Of a stretch of 64,000 nt of DNA, positions 35,101 through 45,900 are shown piece by piece (within the stretch, counting starts at the first letter, position 1; each line of letters starts with the position of its first letter). Origin of the DNA: a virus. Location: positions 9,440 through 73,439 of IMG/VR virus record IMGVR_UViG_3300042311_000920. The stretch is one strand, 5' to 3'. The translations under genes and the position numbers were made by a program. A model generated the notes under the pieces. That model was given only the letters and a program-made list of their open reading frames with translations. It ran no database searches and had not been told where the DNA came from.

Positions 35101-38100
35101 TATTCCTTCGTCTTCAACTTTAAATATATCGGGTTGACCAACATTGTTATTATAATTTTGCAACCATTTTTTAAATCCAGCATCTGAAATAGCTAGTATT
35201 ACTGCATACTCATCAATATTTGGAGTAAATTTTTCTCCAAAAATATCAGGTTGATCTAAATATTCTTCAATTGTTTGCTTTGTAGTTTTTAACTGATAGA
35301 TAACTTCAATCGCTTTTGCAATTTCATTACCTAACTGGTAAGCGGAATCTAATTTACCATTATTTATTAAACCAACAAGGCTTTGAAGAATTTTATTTCT
35401 AATATCTCCCATTCCTTGAATTGACAAAGTATTAATTGTTTTTTCATTAAATACGCTTCCTAATGCAATATTTTCCATTAAAGAAACACCTTCTTTGGTC
35501 ATTACGTTTTTATCAACATCAAAATATCTCGGTATTTCATTACTTTGAATTATATTATCGTTAAGCAAAATATCTCTCAATTGCTTTACTGATTTTGGGT
35601 CAGAAGTAACATCGGACGGACGTTCTGCGGAATCGTAAACTTCTGCGATTTGTCTTTTGGTTTTATCGCTTAATGTCTTGCTGTATTCTACTGCTTTTCC
35701 AGCACTTGATTTTTCTTTTTTATCTTGCTTATTAAACTTGGATAAAGTTTCAGTAGTATATGGTAGATTTCTTTCTGCTTCAAAAACCATAATTGGATTT
35801 TTAATAGCAGAAATAGCATCAGGGTCAATGCCATACATATCCGCATCTTGTATAAGAGCTTCTTTGTATTTAGTATCAGTTCCTTTTTTTGCAGCCAACT
35901 TTCTACTCATTACACGATTATTGCCATCAACAGCAATACCATCAGTAGTAACTACAGGTGTTTGCTGAATTGCTCTTCCGTCATAATCTTGAGCAATTTT
36001 AACCACTTCCACTTGAGCGTTTTTATCTTTTTCGTAATCACGGTCGTTAATGGTTTCTCCTCGTTCGTTAACCGGATAACCGTTAGTTTTAGAGAAATTA
36101 TCCTCATTATGCGAGGCTAAAATATCATCAGCCGAAACAACTTTGTATTGTCCTTTAATTTTAGAACCATCAGCAATTGTTATCTCTCGTTTTCTACCTA
36201 CTACTTGTGATTTTTTATTTTTGTAATTTTCAGTACCTATTCCGCTTACGTCAATTTTCGCTTCAACATTTTCTACTGCAACACTTTCAGATTGAGTAGT
36301 AGGTGTAGGTTGTTCTTTAGATAGTAGGGATTCTGATTTTGATTTTTCAATTATGAATATTGATTCAGGATTAAAAACAACATAATTATACGCTTCCCCT
36401 TTCCCTGCATTTGATTTAAACCTTACACCATCAATTCCAACTTCTACCATTATACGGGTTGCTTCTTTTTGTCCAAAGGCATCAGCTAAATCAGAATAAA
36501 CTGCCCCAGCTTGTAAAGGTCTTTCGTCTATGACTAAGTCTTCGTTAAATAATGATTCCGCTGCCCCTGTATGTGATTTGTCATTTTCTGTTTCAGATAA
36601 ATATTTTTCGTACTCTGCTTTTTTACTTGCGACTACTTTTGATATTTTTTCTGCTTGACTATTATCTAAAGCATCTCTCCATTCAAGCCAATCCTTAGTC
36701 CTGCCGTCTTTTACTGTTACTTTGTAAACCTTCCCTTCTTTATCAGTAGATAATTTTTCGGCATATTGTTTTGCGATTTTATTTGATTCGGTAAAATATA
36801 ATCCCCAACCAAATGCTTGATTGCCTTCTCCCGTACCAATCTTATCTAATTGAAACTTATCAAAGTCGTGCGGTGTACCATGCTCTAAAATCAAATCCTT
36901 ATTGTTACTTCTAAAATCGGATAAATCCTTATCTGCCGCATCCAACTCTTTCTTTGCGGCATTATATTCGTTACTTGACTTATCCATTTTACTAACCTTC
37001 CCATTCAAGTCCTTCCATTTATTATACAGTTCACCGTCTATTCTATTGTAGTCAGCATTTGAATTTACATCTCTTAATGCATTACTAGTTGATTCTACAT
37101 CCATTAATGGGTTTTTTATTTGACTAGGATTTGGAATTGTCTCGTTATTCTCTTCTAAAACCGCATTATCATTGACTTCGTTTATTTGACGGTTATTTGA
37201 TTCACGAACCTCGCTGTTGTAAATCTGCACGGCACGTTTTACAATTTCAGCATCTTCAATCTTTACGGTTTTCGTGCCGTCAGGATTTTTCTCTTTCATT
37301 AATTCACGCGAAGCCAAATTTTTCAATCGAACTACTTCTTTGTCTGATAATTCTGTCAATGAATTATAACCACCTTCAAGTGTAGAGTTTCGTTTTTCTT
37401 CAAGCGAATTAAATTCGTTTTCAAGTTCTTTTATTTTCGCTTTTTTAATGGATTCAGAAAAATTTGAATTCGAAACTTCCTTCGCTTTTGCTTTTAAATC
37501 GGTTTGTCGTTGGTTTACTTCAACTAAAAATGATTTTGCCTGAATAGGTAATTCAATCCCTTTTTTGGCGTTCTTTTCAACGATTGCAAACGCTTCGTTA
37601 TTTAACTTGTTATTTTGTTGGTAAAGGTCTTTACGTTCTGCATCAGTTAAATTTTGATTATTTTCAATCTCGTCGTTGATCGCGTTTATTTGCGAGAATA
37701 TTTTTTGAACTTCTGCAATATCTTTTTTGTCGGAATATAGTTTGGATTGCGTAACGCCTAAACCTATCAATCCGCCCGTCATTGTCATCACACCACCCAT
37801 TAATCCACCTGCAACTCCACTTTCAAAACGCATTTCGTTCTTTTCGGCTTGCGTACGAACCACGCCAAGTAATTCTTGGTCAATGGTAATTTGTCCTTCG
37901 GCTGTAATTAATTCTGTACCGCCTTCAAGTCCTACATTGTAAGCGGTTTTGCCTAGGCCTTTGTAAGTAGTTTTCAAAAAGCTATCAGTAAACATTCTTC
38001 TCGAAGCTGTAGATGCAGCCGAAACTGTTTTTTCAAGGTCTTTTAAAATTCTTGCCGTACCAAATACCCCTGGGAAATATTCGGCACCGGCGTATAACAA

Positions 38101-39591
38101 TCCGGCCAATAGTTTTTCGCCATCGGAATACACTCTTCCAAAAGGTTTTTTGGCATCTTCCTCAAGTTGATTTATTTTTTGACCTCCTGACGAAGCACTT
38201 ACCGCGACAAGCCCTGTTGTTCCGCCAAGATAAATAGAAGCAAGTATTGGTATTTGTTCGGCACCTAATTGAAAAACGAATGAACCAAGATCAGACCAAC
38301 TGTTTATTTGAGAAGCTTTGTAGCGGTAAAATTGCGTATTATCTTTTTCGGCTTCGTTCATAAGTTCGCTACCGATTTCAGACATAGCGTTTAAAGGCGT
38401 TGACATTTCCTCTTGATTGAGATTATTTGCTGCAAACTTTAATCCTTCCGAAGCTAGTTTTACAGTTCCTCCTACAATATATTTAGCACTGTTTTTAAGT
38501 AATGAGGTTTCTTTTTCGAAGTCATTGTAATTGTACTTAAATAACTCAAGTTTTTCTTGGTCGGTATTTGCTTTTTGTAAATAATTGTCGAAGTTTTTGG
38601 CAAGGTATTCTAGTCCTTTGATTGCTTGTTTTGCCTTTTCTCTTACATCTTCCAATTCCTTAAATCTATCTCCTGATACGCCATTTTTCTTCTCTTCTGG
38701 AGTAAGGCTTGCGTAAAAATTATCAAGTTCTTGCATTTGTGCTTTATAAACTTCGGCACTTGCTACTGCGGAGCGTAACGCGTCGTTACTTCGTAATGAT
38801 TCTAGTTTCAATTCTTTCCAAACGCCTTCTCTGTCGTAACCACTTGGTAAAGCTTCGTCGATAAGTTGAATCATTTGCTCTTGCATGTCTTTTTCAATAA
38901 AAAGTTGCTTGGCACGTTCAGATATTATTTCGTCATTTATAACAACGCTTTTGTCTGATTTTTTTTCTTGCTCTAAATCTTTTAAGGCTTGTTTTTTTTC
39001 GCGTTCAAGAGGAACGTATTTTTTAGCACGAAAATCCTTGTTGCCACCCAATAACGTATTAACCAAAGTTAATGGAGTACCTACCGAAGTATTGTAGGCG
39101 TTTTTAAATCCTTGAGCAATCTTATCAGTCCATTGATTATTATCAACTTCGTCGTTTATTTTTTTAAGAGAATTTTCTTTACTGACGTTTTGCTTGGCGT
39201 ATTCAAAAGCTTTATTGGCTACTTCAAGGTTTTTATTTTGAGCAGAAGTAGGTTTTAAGGTTTTTGTTTTTCCATCAATGGTTTTGTATTCGTTCTTGAA
39301 AACATTTGGTTGAGTAATTTGTTCTGTGAAGGTATCACGTTTTGCACCAACCGAAGAACCATTTTGAGGTGCCGATTCCGATTTTGTTTTTGGAACAGCA
39401 GAAACGGATTCGTCTTTTTTTTTTATATCGCCAAAAACTACCTGGTTTTTATATTCAGGATATTTTTCAATCATTTTTTGAGCCAACAAAACATCGTCCA
39501 CATCTTTATATTGTGGATATTTTTCTTTAACTTTTTTAGAAAATTCTTGTGGCGAAATTGGATTTTTGCCTTGTGGTTCGTTTTCTTGCAT
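32098..39591 (-). CDS. giant polyvalent virion/DNA-ejection protein (2497 aa)
   Basis: Last of the internal virion genes; HGTPHDFDKF...GEGNQAFGWGLYFT (ART-like polyvalent domain); YKVVSADDILASH...NDRDY...VDGNNR (ParB/DdrB-like). Confidence 0.75.
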   Translation of the reverse strand: MQENEPQGKNPISPQEFSKKVKEKYPQYKDVDDVLLAQKMIEKYPEYKNQVVFGDIKKKDESVSAVPKTKSESAPQNGSSVGAKRDTFTEQITQPNVFKNEYKTIDGKTKTLKPTSAQNKNLEVANKAFEYAKQNVSKENSLKKINDEVDNNQWTDKIAQGFKNAYNTSVGTPLTLVNTLLGGNKDFRAKKYVPLEREKKQALKDLEQEKKSDKSVVINDEIISERAKQLFIEKDMQEQMIQLIDEALPSGYDREGVWKELKLESLRSNDALRSAVASAEVYKAQMQELDNFYASLTPEEKKNGVSGDRFKELEDVREKAKQAIKGLEYLAKNFDNYLQKANTDQEKLELFKYNYNDFEKETSLLKNSAKYIVGGTVKLASEGLKFAANNLNQEEMSTPLNAMSEIGSELMNEAEKDNTQFYRYKASQINSWSDLGSFVFQLGAEQIPILASIYLGGTTGLVAVSASSGGQKINQLEEDAKKPFGRVYSDGEKLLAGLLYAGAEYFPGVFGTARILKDLEKTVSAASTASRRMFTDSFLKTTYKGLGKTAYNVGLEGGTELITAEGQITIDQELLGVVRTQAEKNEMRFESGVAGGLMGGVMTMTGGLIGLGVTQSKLYSDKKDIAEVQKIFSQINAINDEIENNQNLTDAERKDLYQQNNKLNNEAFAIVEKNAKKGIELPIQAKSFLVEVNQRQTDLKAKAKEVSNSNFSESIKKAKIKELENEFNSLEEKRNSTLEGGYNSLTELSDKEVVRLKNLASRELMKEKNPDGTKTVKIEDAEIVKRAVQIYNSEVRESNNRQINEVNDNAVLEENNETIPNPSQIKNPLMDVESTSNALRDVNSNADYNRIDGELYNKWKDLNGKVSKMDKSSNEYNAAKKELDAADKDLSDFRSNNKDLILEHGTPHDFDKFQLDKIGTGEGNQAFGWGLYFTESNKIAKQYAEKLSTDKEGKVYKVTVKDGRTKDWLEWRDALDNSQAEKISKVVASKKAEYEKYLSETENDKSHTGAAESLFNEDLVIDERPLQAGAVYSDLADAFGQKEATRIMVEVGIDGVRFKSNAGKGEAYNYVVFNPESIFIIEKSKSESLLSKEQPTPTTQSESVAVENVEAKIDVSGIGTENYKNKKSQVVGRKREITIADGSKIKGQYKVVSADDILASHNEDNFSKTNGYPVNERGETINDRDYEKDKNAQVEVVKIAQDYDGRAIQQTPVVTTDGIAVDGNNRVMSRKLAAKKGTDTKYKEALIQDADMYGIDPDAISAIKNPIMVFEAERNLPYTTETLSKFNKQDKKEKSSAGKAVEYSKTLSDKTKRQIAEVYDSAERPSDVTSDPKSVKQLRDILLNDNIIQSNEIPRYFDVDKNVMTKEGVSLMENIALGSVFNEKTINTLSIQGMGDIRNKILQSLVGLINNGKLDSAYQLGNEIAKAIEVIYQLKTTKQTIEEYLDQPDIFGEKFTPNIDEYAVILAISDAGFKKWLQNYNNNVGQPDIFKVEDEGITTKRDKSNETISDRKKQVPNNLRSDAVVDAKEDGPENGVIEGEVIEQQPNQEDVEKPNEEVGPSIEDNNEFDNSDLEDDSEAISQGFLGSSNQNQRDLLLSDNGPVKFRFPFQRYFKRVWANTFKSNSGLNNTTAEVVRSRNRTIAAFSDHINSEVNAFHKIIKAVKNLDKNNINNNLLSINDYLAGEKGADVSFLSQEQINQLDYFRERINGLSTALVDILEDNLSKMKNQNSIDSTQNLIDTIKANMDTYITRNYQIFSDDNYRDIITGDFKNISKEGQLRIRNAINFLIREEGMSRNEATEAVAEYLADIRKGKSDFQLSSNGNAVSNFFKKRKNIPLEFRELLGESKDPVYNYVNTVYKISQYLGNIEYQSKLRENLIANNIASTEAKLGYVKLADGDGWKILNDIYVPVEFKEAFEDMQPLKTIESGFYKAWIKIAGYVKLNKTVLSPTTTARNLISGVFLGANSGHLFLMKPERIAEAFNQALTTKISQTQLFDERQKLIKLGVLGDGANSGELMAVLNDFSKEVDRMISKNTTEKVFDFAKKLYAFGDDFYKVAGFYIETDNFIKSGMSKAEAEKKAAYRINNGYPTYSYLPKNMQRLRRVPLVGTFVSFPYEAIRTTKNNLLFVKEDIEAGRNKMAFQRATGMIVANATLSGLSMLTMSMLGISDEDDDAIRDMLPEWQINSKLIYIGTKNGKPMFIDGTAFFASETLMKPISTLFEQRAGRDFDNKLKQSLNEILSPYISQDISFKTLISVSENENEYNQKIYQSNNLFDAIINEPNKIINFLMKQAGPGVYNNATEFMRANEIGSQYVGDKFSSYGKEYTNQEALLGLFGMRLSVINYSAAMSSFAYQVKDSESADKSSASKLVKTSKLLEKDEVESIVKDYAKYHEVNYKKMLNIVNAGKKMGMTDDDIEVSLKSSKLSNKAINDLLKNKIPELTPLSTQSIKQFKQKIAINYKGDKNIKKILVNFYKNKELFKKEIEKYNKINNKPSN

Positions 39592-39600
39592 GGTTATTTC

Positions 39601-41043
39601 TTATAATCCCAACCCTAAAGGGTCGTTGTTATTTGTAGTTGTGTTTTTTTTAAAACCTCCTAGTTTATCCCTAAATTCATCAATAGTTTTTACAAATTCC
39701 CCTGTTTCTGGGTCTTTAAATCTTTGAACAAAATAAGCTACTTCGTCAGCTTCCTTTTTTGAATTATATGTTTTTTTGACAATTCTATTATTTCCAGTTT
39801 CATCTTTTTCAGAAATATCTACTGTAACATTGACAGATCCATCTTTTGAAATAGAGAACGATCTTAAACTTTCTTTTGCTGTACCTGTTTCTCTAACTAT
39901 TTTTATATTTCCTTGATACACTTGTTCTTTTACATCGCCTTTTTTTATTACGTTGCCTTTAGAGTCTTTAGTTACATCACGTTTTACGGCTGTCTGTTTT
40001 AAGTCTGACATAGAAAAATCTTTTGACTTACCGCTTCCTGTTTTTTCTTTGTTGTCTTTGGCTTGTTTTCTCGCTCTTTCTGCTGCTGCATTTATAGCGG
40101 AGTTATCAACCTTCGTAGTGTTTTCAGTGTCTTTGGTGTCAAGCATTATTCTAGTAGCCTTAGCTTCCATTTCGTCAAGAACTGCTTGTGGAACGTTTTT
40201 CCAATCCGATATTCTTTTGTTTTCGTAAATCCAAGATTTTGCTATGGGTGTCAAATTTCCGCTTGGGTCGTATAAACTAGCCTTTGCGGTTCTTTGTGCA
40301 AATTCAATTGGCGTGAATTTTTTAGTATTTTCTACAAAGTTCCTGTCAGTACCTATTTTAGTTGAACCTAATTTTTCTCCTAATCCCTGAAATGTAGTAG
40401 TGAAATTTACTTTTGGAATAAGTTCCCCTAGCATTTGTCCCGAAATTATTTTATCGTAGGATAGAATATCTGGCTTACCGTCGCCTTTACCATCAACACC
40501 GTCTTTGTCCCATAATCCAATCATAGGCATCATGTCGTCGTCAAGCTCAAATGATGAATAACCTTCTGAAAGGCTATGAAGCATTTTTAATTGTTTTTCT
40601 GTTGGCTGAATTTCTCCTTTCGCTACTTTGTCTTGAAACGCTGTCATTTCAGCCACAAAAGCTTCGTTAGACATTTTTATGTAATCAGCAAGGTTGTCTA
40701 GTTTTTTATCCTGAATCATAAGGCTAGCATATTCCTCATTTGAAATTCCAGGCTTAAGTTTTTTGTAGATTTCTAATTTTTTGTCTTTTCCTTTCATCAA
40801 CAACTGTGCGTTTATTTCGTCAACAGAGCGCACCTTAGTTGTAGCGATATCAAAATCTTTAATTTTGCTTAGTCTTTTTTCATACTCTAACTGCTCTTTC
40901 TCTTTTTTTGCGTCTTGAATTTTAGCGATTTCCCTTTGCTCGGTTCTGTAATCAAAATCCATTTTTTCCTGACCAGCTACCCAATCAGAAACATTACCTT
41001 GAAGTGGTTGTGCGCCTGCAAAAACATTGTTACTATTTGCCAT
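39601..41043 (-). CDS. putative internal virion/ejection protein
   Basis: 480 aa, position between pilot-like and giant protein genes. Confidence 0.55.
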   Translation of the reverse strand: MANSNNVFAGAQPLQGNVSDWVAGQEKMDFDYRTEQREIAKIQDAKKEKEQLEYEKRLSKIKDFDIATTKVRSVDEINAQLLMKGKDKKLEIYKKLKPGISNEEYASLMIQDKKLDNLADYIKMSNEAFVAEMTAFQDKVAKGEIQPTEKQLKMLHSLSEGYSSFELDDDMMPMIGLWDKDGVDGKGDGKPDILSYDKIISGQMLGELIPKVNFTTTFQGLGEKLGSTKIGTDRNFVENTKKFTPIEFAQRTAKASLYDPSGNLTPIAKSWIYENKRISDWKNVPQAVLDEMEAKATRIMLDTKDTENTTKVDNSAINAAAERARKQAKDNKEKTGSGKSKDFSMSDLKQTAVKRDVTKDSKGNVIKKGDVKEQVYQGNIKIVRETGTAKESLRSFSISKDGSVNVTVDISEKDETGNNRIVKKTYNSKKEADEVAYFVQRFKDPETGEFVKTIDEFRDKLGGFKKNTTTNNNDPLGLGL

Positions 41044-41762
41044 TAGAAATTGATTTGATTAGTTACCATATCTTTACGTCTCAATTGATTTCTAAATGTA
41101 TCTTCATCAAAAATACTACTTAATGCAGAGTAAGGCGTACTGCTTGCAAATGGAACGCTCGCAGTTGGTAGTGGCGCATCAAATGGTACAACTACAACTC
41201 CGTTTGGATTCGTAGTGGCAGTTCCTTCTAATTGCATTCGTTCTGCAGGAGTGCCTTTAGCTGAATTAATATTTCTATTCGCATAAGCTAAACTACTTGC
41301 AACACCCATCATTCCGCTCCACATATCTTGATTTCCTGCTTGGATTTTAGAGCCAATAGCATTGATGTTTTGAATATCTCTGTTTTCGGTAATTCCTTCG
41401 ATACGTGAGTTATCTCCCGCAATAGCGTATTCACGATTAATAGCCTGGTCGTCGATAAGTTTAGCTGCTTGTTGGTTGATTTGATTTGTAGCACCTACTA
41501 CTTTTGGAATAGCACCGATTATTGAACGTGAACCGCCTTGACGTGCCACATCAATAAGTCCTGCTGATGTACGTGCGTTTTCTTCACGAAGTAAATCTGA
41601 GCCATAAGTACTTAAGGAAATTTCTTTGAAAGCATTGTCAAGTTCTTGACGCTCGTATTCGCTTAGTTCTCGCTGACCTTCTTTTTTTTGCTTGGATCCT
41701 TGGTAGATTTGATACCCCGCCATCCCAACACCTAAAGCCGCCGATGTAATTGCTGCACACAT
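41043..41762 (-). CDS. putative pilot/ejection protein
   Basis: Ala/Gly-rich hydrophobic N-terminus followed by Q-rich helical region. Confidence 0.55.
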   Translation of the reverse strand: MCAAITSAALGVGMAGYQIYQGSKQKKEGQRELSEYERQELDNAFKEISLSTYGSDLLREENARTSAGLIDVARQGGSRSIIGAIPKVVGATNQINQQAAKLIDDQAINREYAIAGDNSRIEGITENRDIQNINAIGSKIQAGNQDMWSGMMGVASSLAYANRNINSAKGTPAERMQLEGTATTNPNGVVVVPFDAPLPTASVPFASSTPYSALSSIFDEDTFRNQLRRKDMVTNQINF

Positions 41763-41840
41763 AATTTTATAATTTTCCGTGATTCACATCACTGATTAAT
41801 AGCTAAGTACTATTGTATTCTACAAATGTATAAATAAAAT

Positions 41841-42242
41841 CTATAACTTGATTATCATTTCGGTTGTATTATTACTTCCTTTAGAATATCCGCACGCTTC
41901 GTAGTGTTTTATTAACCCTTGATGTTTTACTGATGTAAACACTGCCGAAAACCCCTTACGTTTTGCAATCTCGGTTAATTCTGAAATCAAAAATACAATT
42001 GCGTCTTTTCGGTCGCTCTCTCGGTAGTCAGGATTTGATACGATAAATTCCAGCCATGCTAGTTTTGAATTGGTAAAATATAAAAATCCCGCACAAATAT
42101 CAATGCCGTCTTTCGTTACCATAATTCCACCAAGTCCGTCGTTAGGTAAATACTCTTTTTCGGGTGCAGAAAATCTAAAAAATTTCCACCACTTGCATAA
42201 TTCAGGGTAATCGTTTTCGGTCAATGCTCTAATATTAAACAT
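41841..42242 (-). CDS. GNAT-fold virion-assembly-associated protein
   Basis: WLEFIVSNPDYR...AKRKGF...HYEACGY. Confidence 0.65.
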   Translation of the reverse strand: MFNIRALTENDYPELCKWWKFFRFSAPEKEYLPNDGLGGIMVTKDGIDICAGFLYFTNSKLAWLEFIVSNPDYRESDRKDAIVFLISELTEIAKRKGFSAVFTSVKHQGLIKHYEACGYSKGSNNTTEMIIKL

Positions 42243-42966
42243 AACTTTTCACTGAATTGGTTGATACTGCAAATAATTCTCCTGCCTCGGTATTAGTATT
42301 TGATAGTTCCACTTCCAAATAATAACCTCTCACTTCCTCGCCTTCAATACGGCTGTCTTTTTTAGCGAAAAAGTAAAAACCTACTTCGGGGTCGGTAACG
42401 ATAATATCTACCGTTATTGTATTGTTTGTAGTGTTAATCGCTGTAATTTCTCCAATCTCTTCTTGTGCTTGTCCATTTAATTGAAATAAGATGTCGCCCA
42501 CGGAAATTAAACTTGGAATAGTACTGAATGATACCAAGTTAGAAGCCGCCGCAGAAGCAACACCAATTCCTTGTGCAGCATTACCCGTCAACGCTCCCGA
42601 CCGTTCATTTCCTCTAATAAAAGAAAATTGCCGACTTTCACGCGTATTGAAATTTGATGTTGTCAAACTGCTTTCGGTTAAGTTCGTAACGAGTGTAGCG
42701 TTCCATTTTTGATTTGATTCCAATACCAATGTTTTGAAAATCTTATCTTCGGTCATAGCGTCGTTAATCACTGTTTTTACAGAAGAGGCATATTGCGTTC
42801 CGTATAAGTTATTACGAACTGGATTTTCAACATCGTTATGAATCCAAAGTTGTCCGTTTTTAATTGTGAAAAATCGGTTGTTTAATCTCAAAAACAAATC
42901 AGGAATGTAGGACCAAAAACTATTCCAACCTTTATTTTTTTCGCTATGGCTAATTGTGTACTGCAT
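42235..42966 (-). CDS. tail stabilisation protein, C-terminal part
   Basis: TISHSEKNKGWNSFWSYIP...NNLYG...KIFKTL...RGYYLEVEL. Confidence 0.6.
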   Translation of the reverse strand: MQYTISHSEKNKGWNSFWSYIPDLFLRLNNRFFTIKNGQLWIHNDVENPVRNNLYGTQYASSVKTVINDAMTEDKIFKTLVLESNQKWNATLVTNLTESSLTTSNFNTRESRQFSFIRGNERSGALTGNAAQGIGVASAAASNLVSFSTIPSLISVGDILFQLNGQAQEEIGEITAINTTNNTITVDIIVTDPEVGFYFFAKKDSRIEGEEVRGYYLEVELSNTNTEAGELFAVSTNSVKSYV

Positions 42967-42976
42967 ATCCTTGTTT

Positions 42977-45900
42977 TTAAATTGTTCCTGTGCTTAATAT
43001 TGTTCCGTCTGAATCTATTTTCCACCACGTCACGCCGTCGTTGATAAATTTATTTGTTGAAGTCCATCCGTAGACTGTAAAATTCACATTGCCCAAAAAG
43101 TTTGTATAGAATTTTGCAGGTGAAGTCCCTAAAAACAAACCAATCGATTTTGTCGTTAAATCCTTGTCTGCATCAACAAAAAATCCATAAACAAATTTAT
43201 CTACACCGTCAAGTAATTCTTCTTCTGGAATAGGGCAAATGCCAGTAATAGACCATCCTGTCATTTCAAAAGGACCTGTTACAACTACTTTTATAGCTGT
43301 GGGTAGCGCAGTAGTTTTATTAAAATAAAGCACTCCGTTTCCGTCAGTCGGCTCTGTTAAGTTATCAGCAATATCATCTTGAATAACATCAATAGCTACC
43401 GTATCGCCCGTAGGCACAAAATCAGTTCCGTTGTAAGAAAGTACATCTAAGGTTCTTGGACCTAATAAACCTCCAAAAGCAGGCGGTATTCCCGTAATGC
43501 CGTCGCCAACATATTTACTATCAGCGACCAATACATCATCGTAATACATTTGGAATCTATCAGGAATGTTTTCTGCGTTGTATTTTATTCCGGTGCGACC
43601 TACAGCGGTTCCTACATTTAATAAAAATTCATAAATACCCATTCCGCCACCAGCGTCTAGACCTTCTGAACAAGACACTCCGATACTTATAATAACTTTC
43701 GCTACTGACGAGCACCCGTTATCAGTAACTTGATAAGTAAATTCATCATCAAAATTAGCAGTTCCGTCGTGTGTGTATGTAACGATTTGATCAAGATTTA
43801 CGACAGCAGTTCCGTGTAATGGTTGTACGGTAATTTCTACAGTAGCATCTACTGAAACTTCATCATTAGCCAACACATCAATTACAACCTCTCCACCTAC
43901 TGTAACCGAAGCCGAATCGTTTGTAAGAACTGGATTTCTATCTGTATAATCCCAAATCAAATATAATTTTTCTGACGTGGACGTTCGGTTGAAAATAAAA
44001 TTACCTGATACGGTAGAAGAAAAATCTTCTTCGCCTGTTTCTGTTACTGTAATGAATTGCGTATCGGCATCGTTTATAATATCCAAGTAATCCGCCTCTT
44101 CGTAATCTGCATCACTGATTAAAAATCCAAGTCGGTTGCATTTGGTTAAATCAAGTTTTCCGCTGTTAGAACTATCTTTGAATGACTGAATTATCATTAT
44201 GTCGTCGTTCGTAGGGAATGAGCCAACACCTTCTGTACCAATAATACTTTGAAATCTCGTAACTGGACCTTCATTAAAAATATCATCATTTGAAATAAAT
44301 GACGAAGACAATCTCCTAAATCGGTTTGTTATGGTTTGTTCGTTGTCTAAATTATCATTCAATACCACCATTACAATTTCTAATTCCGTACCAATAGGAC
44401 AAGTATTAAAAATAGAATAAGTAATTGGACCACCAATAGGAGTTACGATAATAGTTGCAATATTTTCAACCAAACTATTTCTAACAACTACAATATTTCC
44501 CGTACCTGTAACATTAGAAACCACGGTAGTTGCTTCATTAAATACTACTTGAATTGTAGCGTTTCCTGAAGTAATATTGTAGCTTAAAATAATATCTCCG
44601 CCAAGGTTATTCAATAGTAAATTATAACTAAACGGTACGTCCTGATTTGTTTTGATTACTTCATTTGAGCAATTAAACAGCGGTATTCTTTCAGGTTCAT
44701 TTCCGATTGAAAATACGGTTTGTTCCAAAAACGGATCGAAGCCTGAAATAATTCTTGCGTTAGGTTGAGCAATGAATAAATCTCGAAAGAAAGATTTTAC
44801 ACCATAAACAATATCTTCGATACCATCAAGTGAAAGTCTACTTATTGAGCCATTTCTTATTGATGCAAATTTAATTCGTCCATCGTCGTCAACTGAAAAG
44901 CTTTCAGGGTTTTTTCCAATACCCCTATTCCCTTGATACGGCACCCATTGACCAAGTACTCCTGGAACAGAAGTTAATGCTGCATTACCGTCAGCTGTGA
45001 ATATAGCGTCTTTGTCAAATAATACTTTTCCAGCCTTCTCTTCTTGCAGTACCACAATATCATTTTGACGTGAATGTAACTTCTGAACACTTCCGTATTG
45101 CTTATCAAGGTCGTCTTTAAAATTAGCAGTTGATAAATTAAATACATTCAAACCATTAATACTTGAACTTTCTACAAATGATTCGCTGTAAGTTAAATCT
45201 GCGGCACGTCTAATTTCTTTATACTCTTCAATCGAAGTAGAAGTTGGTTTTGTGTCAATGTTTAAATAATTTTTATTCAATCCGTCTTTCACACGGTAAC
45301 TTTCGGCACCGTTTCCTTGAACGTAGCAATTAAAAAAATCTAATTCAAATTCAGCGGGAAGTAAATCAGTTTGGTTTTGTAAATTACCTAAGTGTTTGCC
45401 GTCAACAATGTCGTAAGACTGTTCGGTCTCGTAGTAAATTTCGTCTTCACTTTGTTTCGGTTCGGTTTCGAATATTACAAAGCCATCTACTAAACGTATG
45501 GTAACTGTACTTGTGAGAAAACCATTTCTACGACCTCCATTACCTGGAGTGATACCTTCTGAAATCATATATAAATAACCATCAGGGTCTGGAGTGTAGT
45601 CGTTTGCTCCTATCGGAATACCTCTAATTACAAAAACGTTGCTATACGCCTCCACTTCGTTTTCTTTAATAGATAAAGGCATATTTGGCAATACATTAGC
45701 ATCAAACCATAGCTTAAAATTATCATAGTCAGAATCAGAAATATAAGTTTTTTCAAAAGTTTTTTTACCTCGACTACGTCCGTCGCTCTCTAGTTTAATT
45801 GTGATAACCGAACCTTGTGGTATTTTTAAGTCAACAATAGTAGTTCCGACTAATTTTGAAAAACCTTCATTCCTGACTACTGGACGACCTACCGGAGTGT

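Noticed and set aside
32098-39591. crAss-like virion RNA polymerase
   Set aside because: No DxDxD catalytic motif seen; the recognisable motifs are polyvalent-protein type
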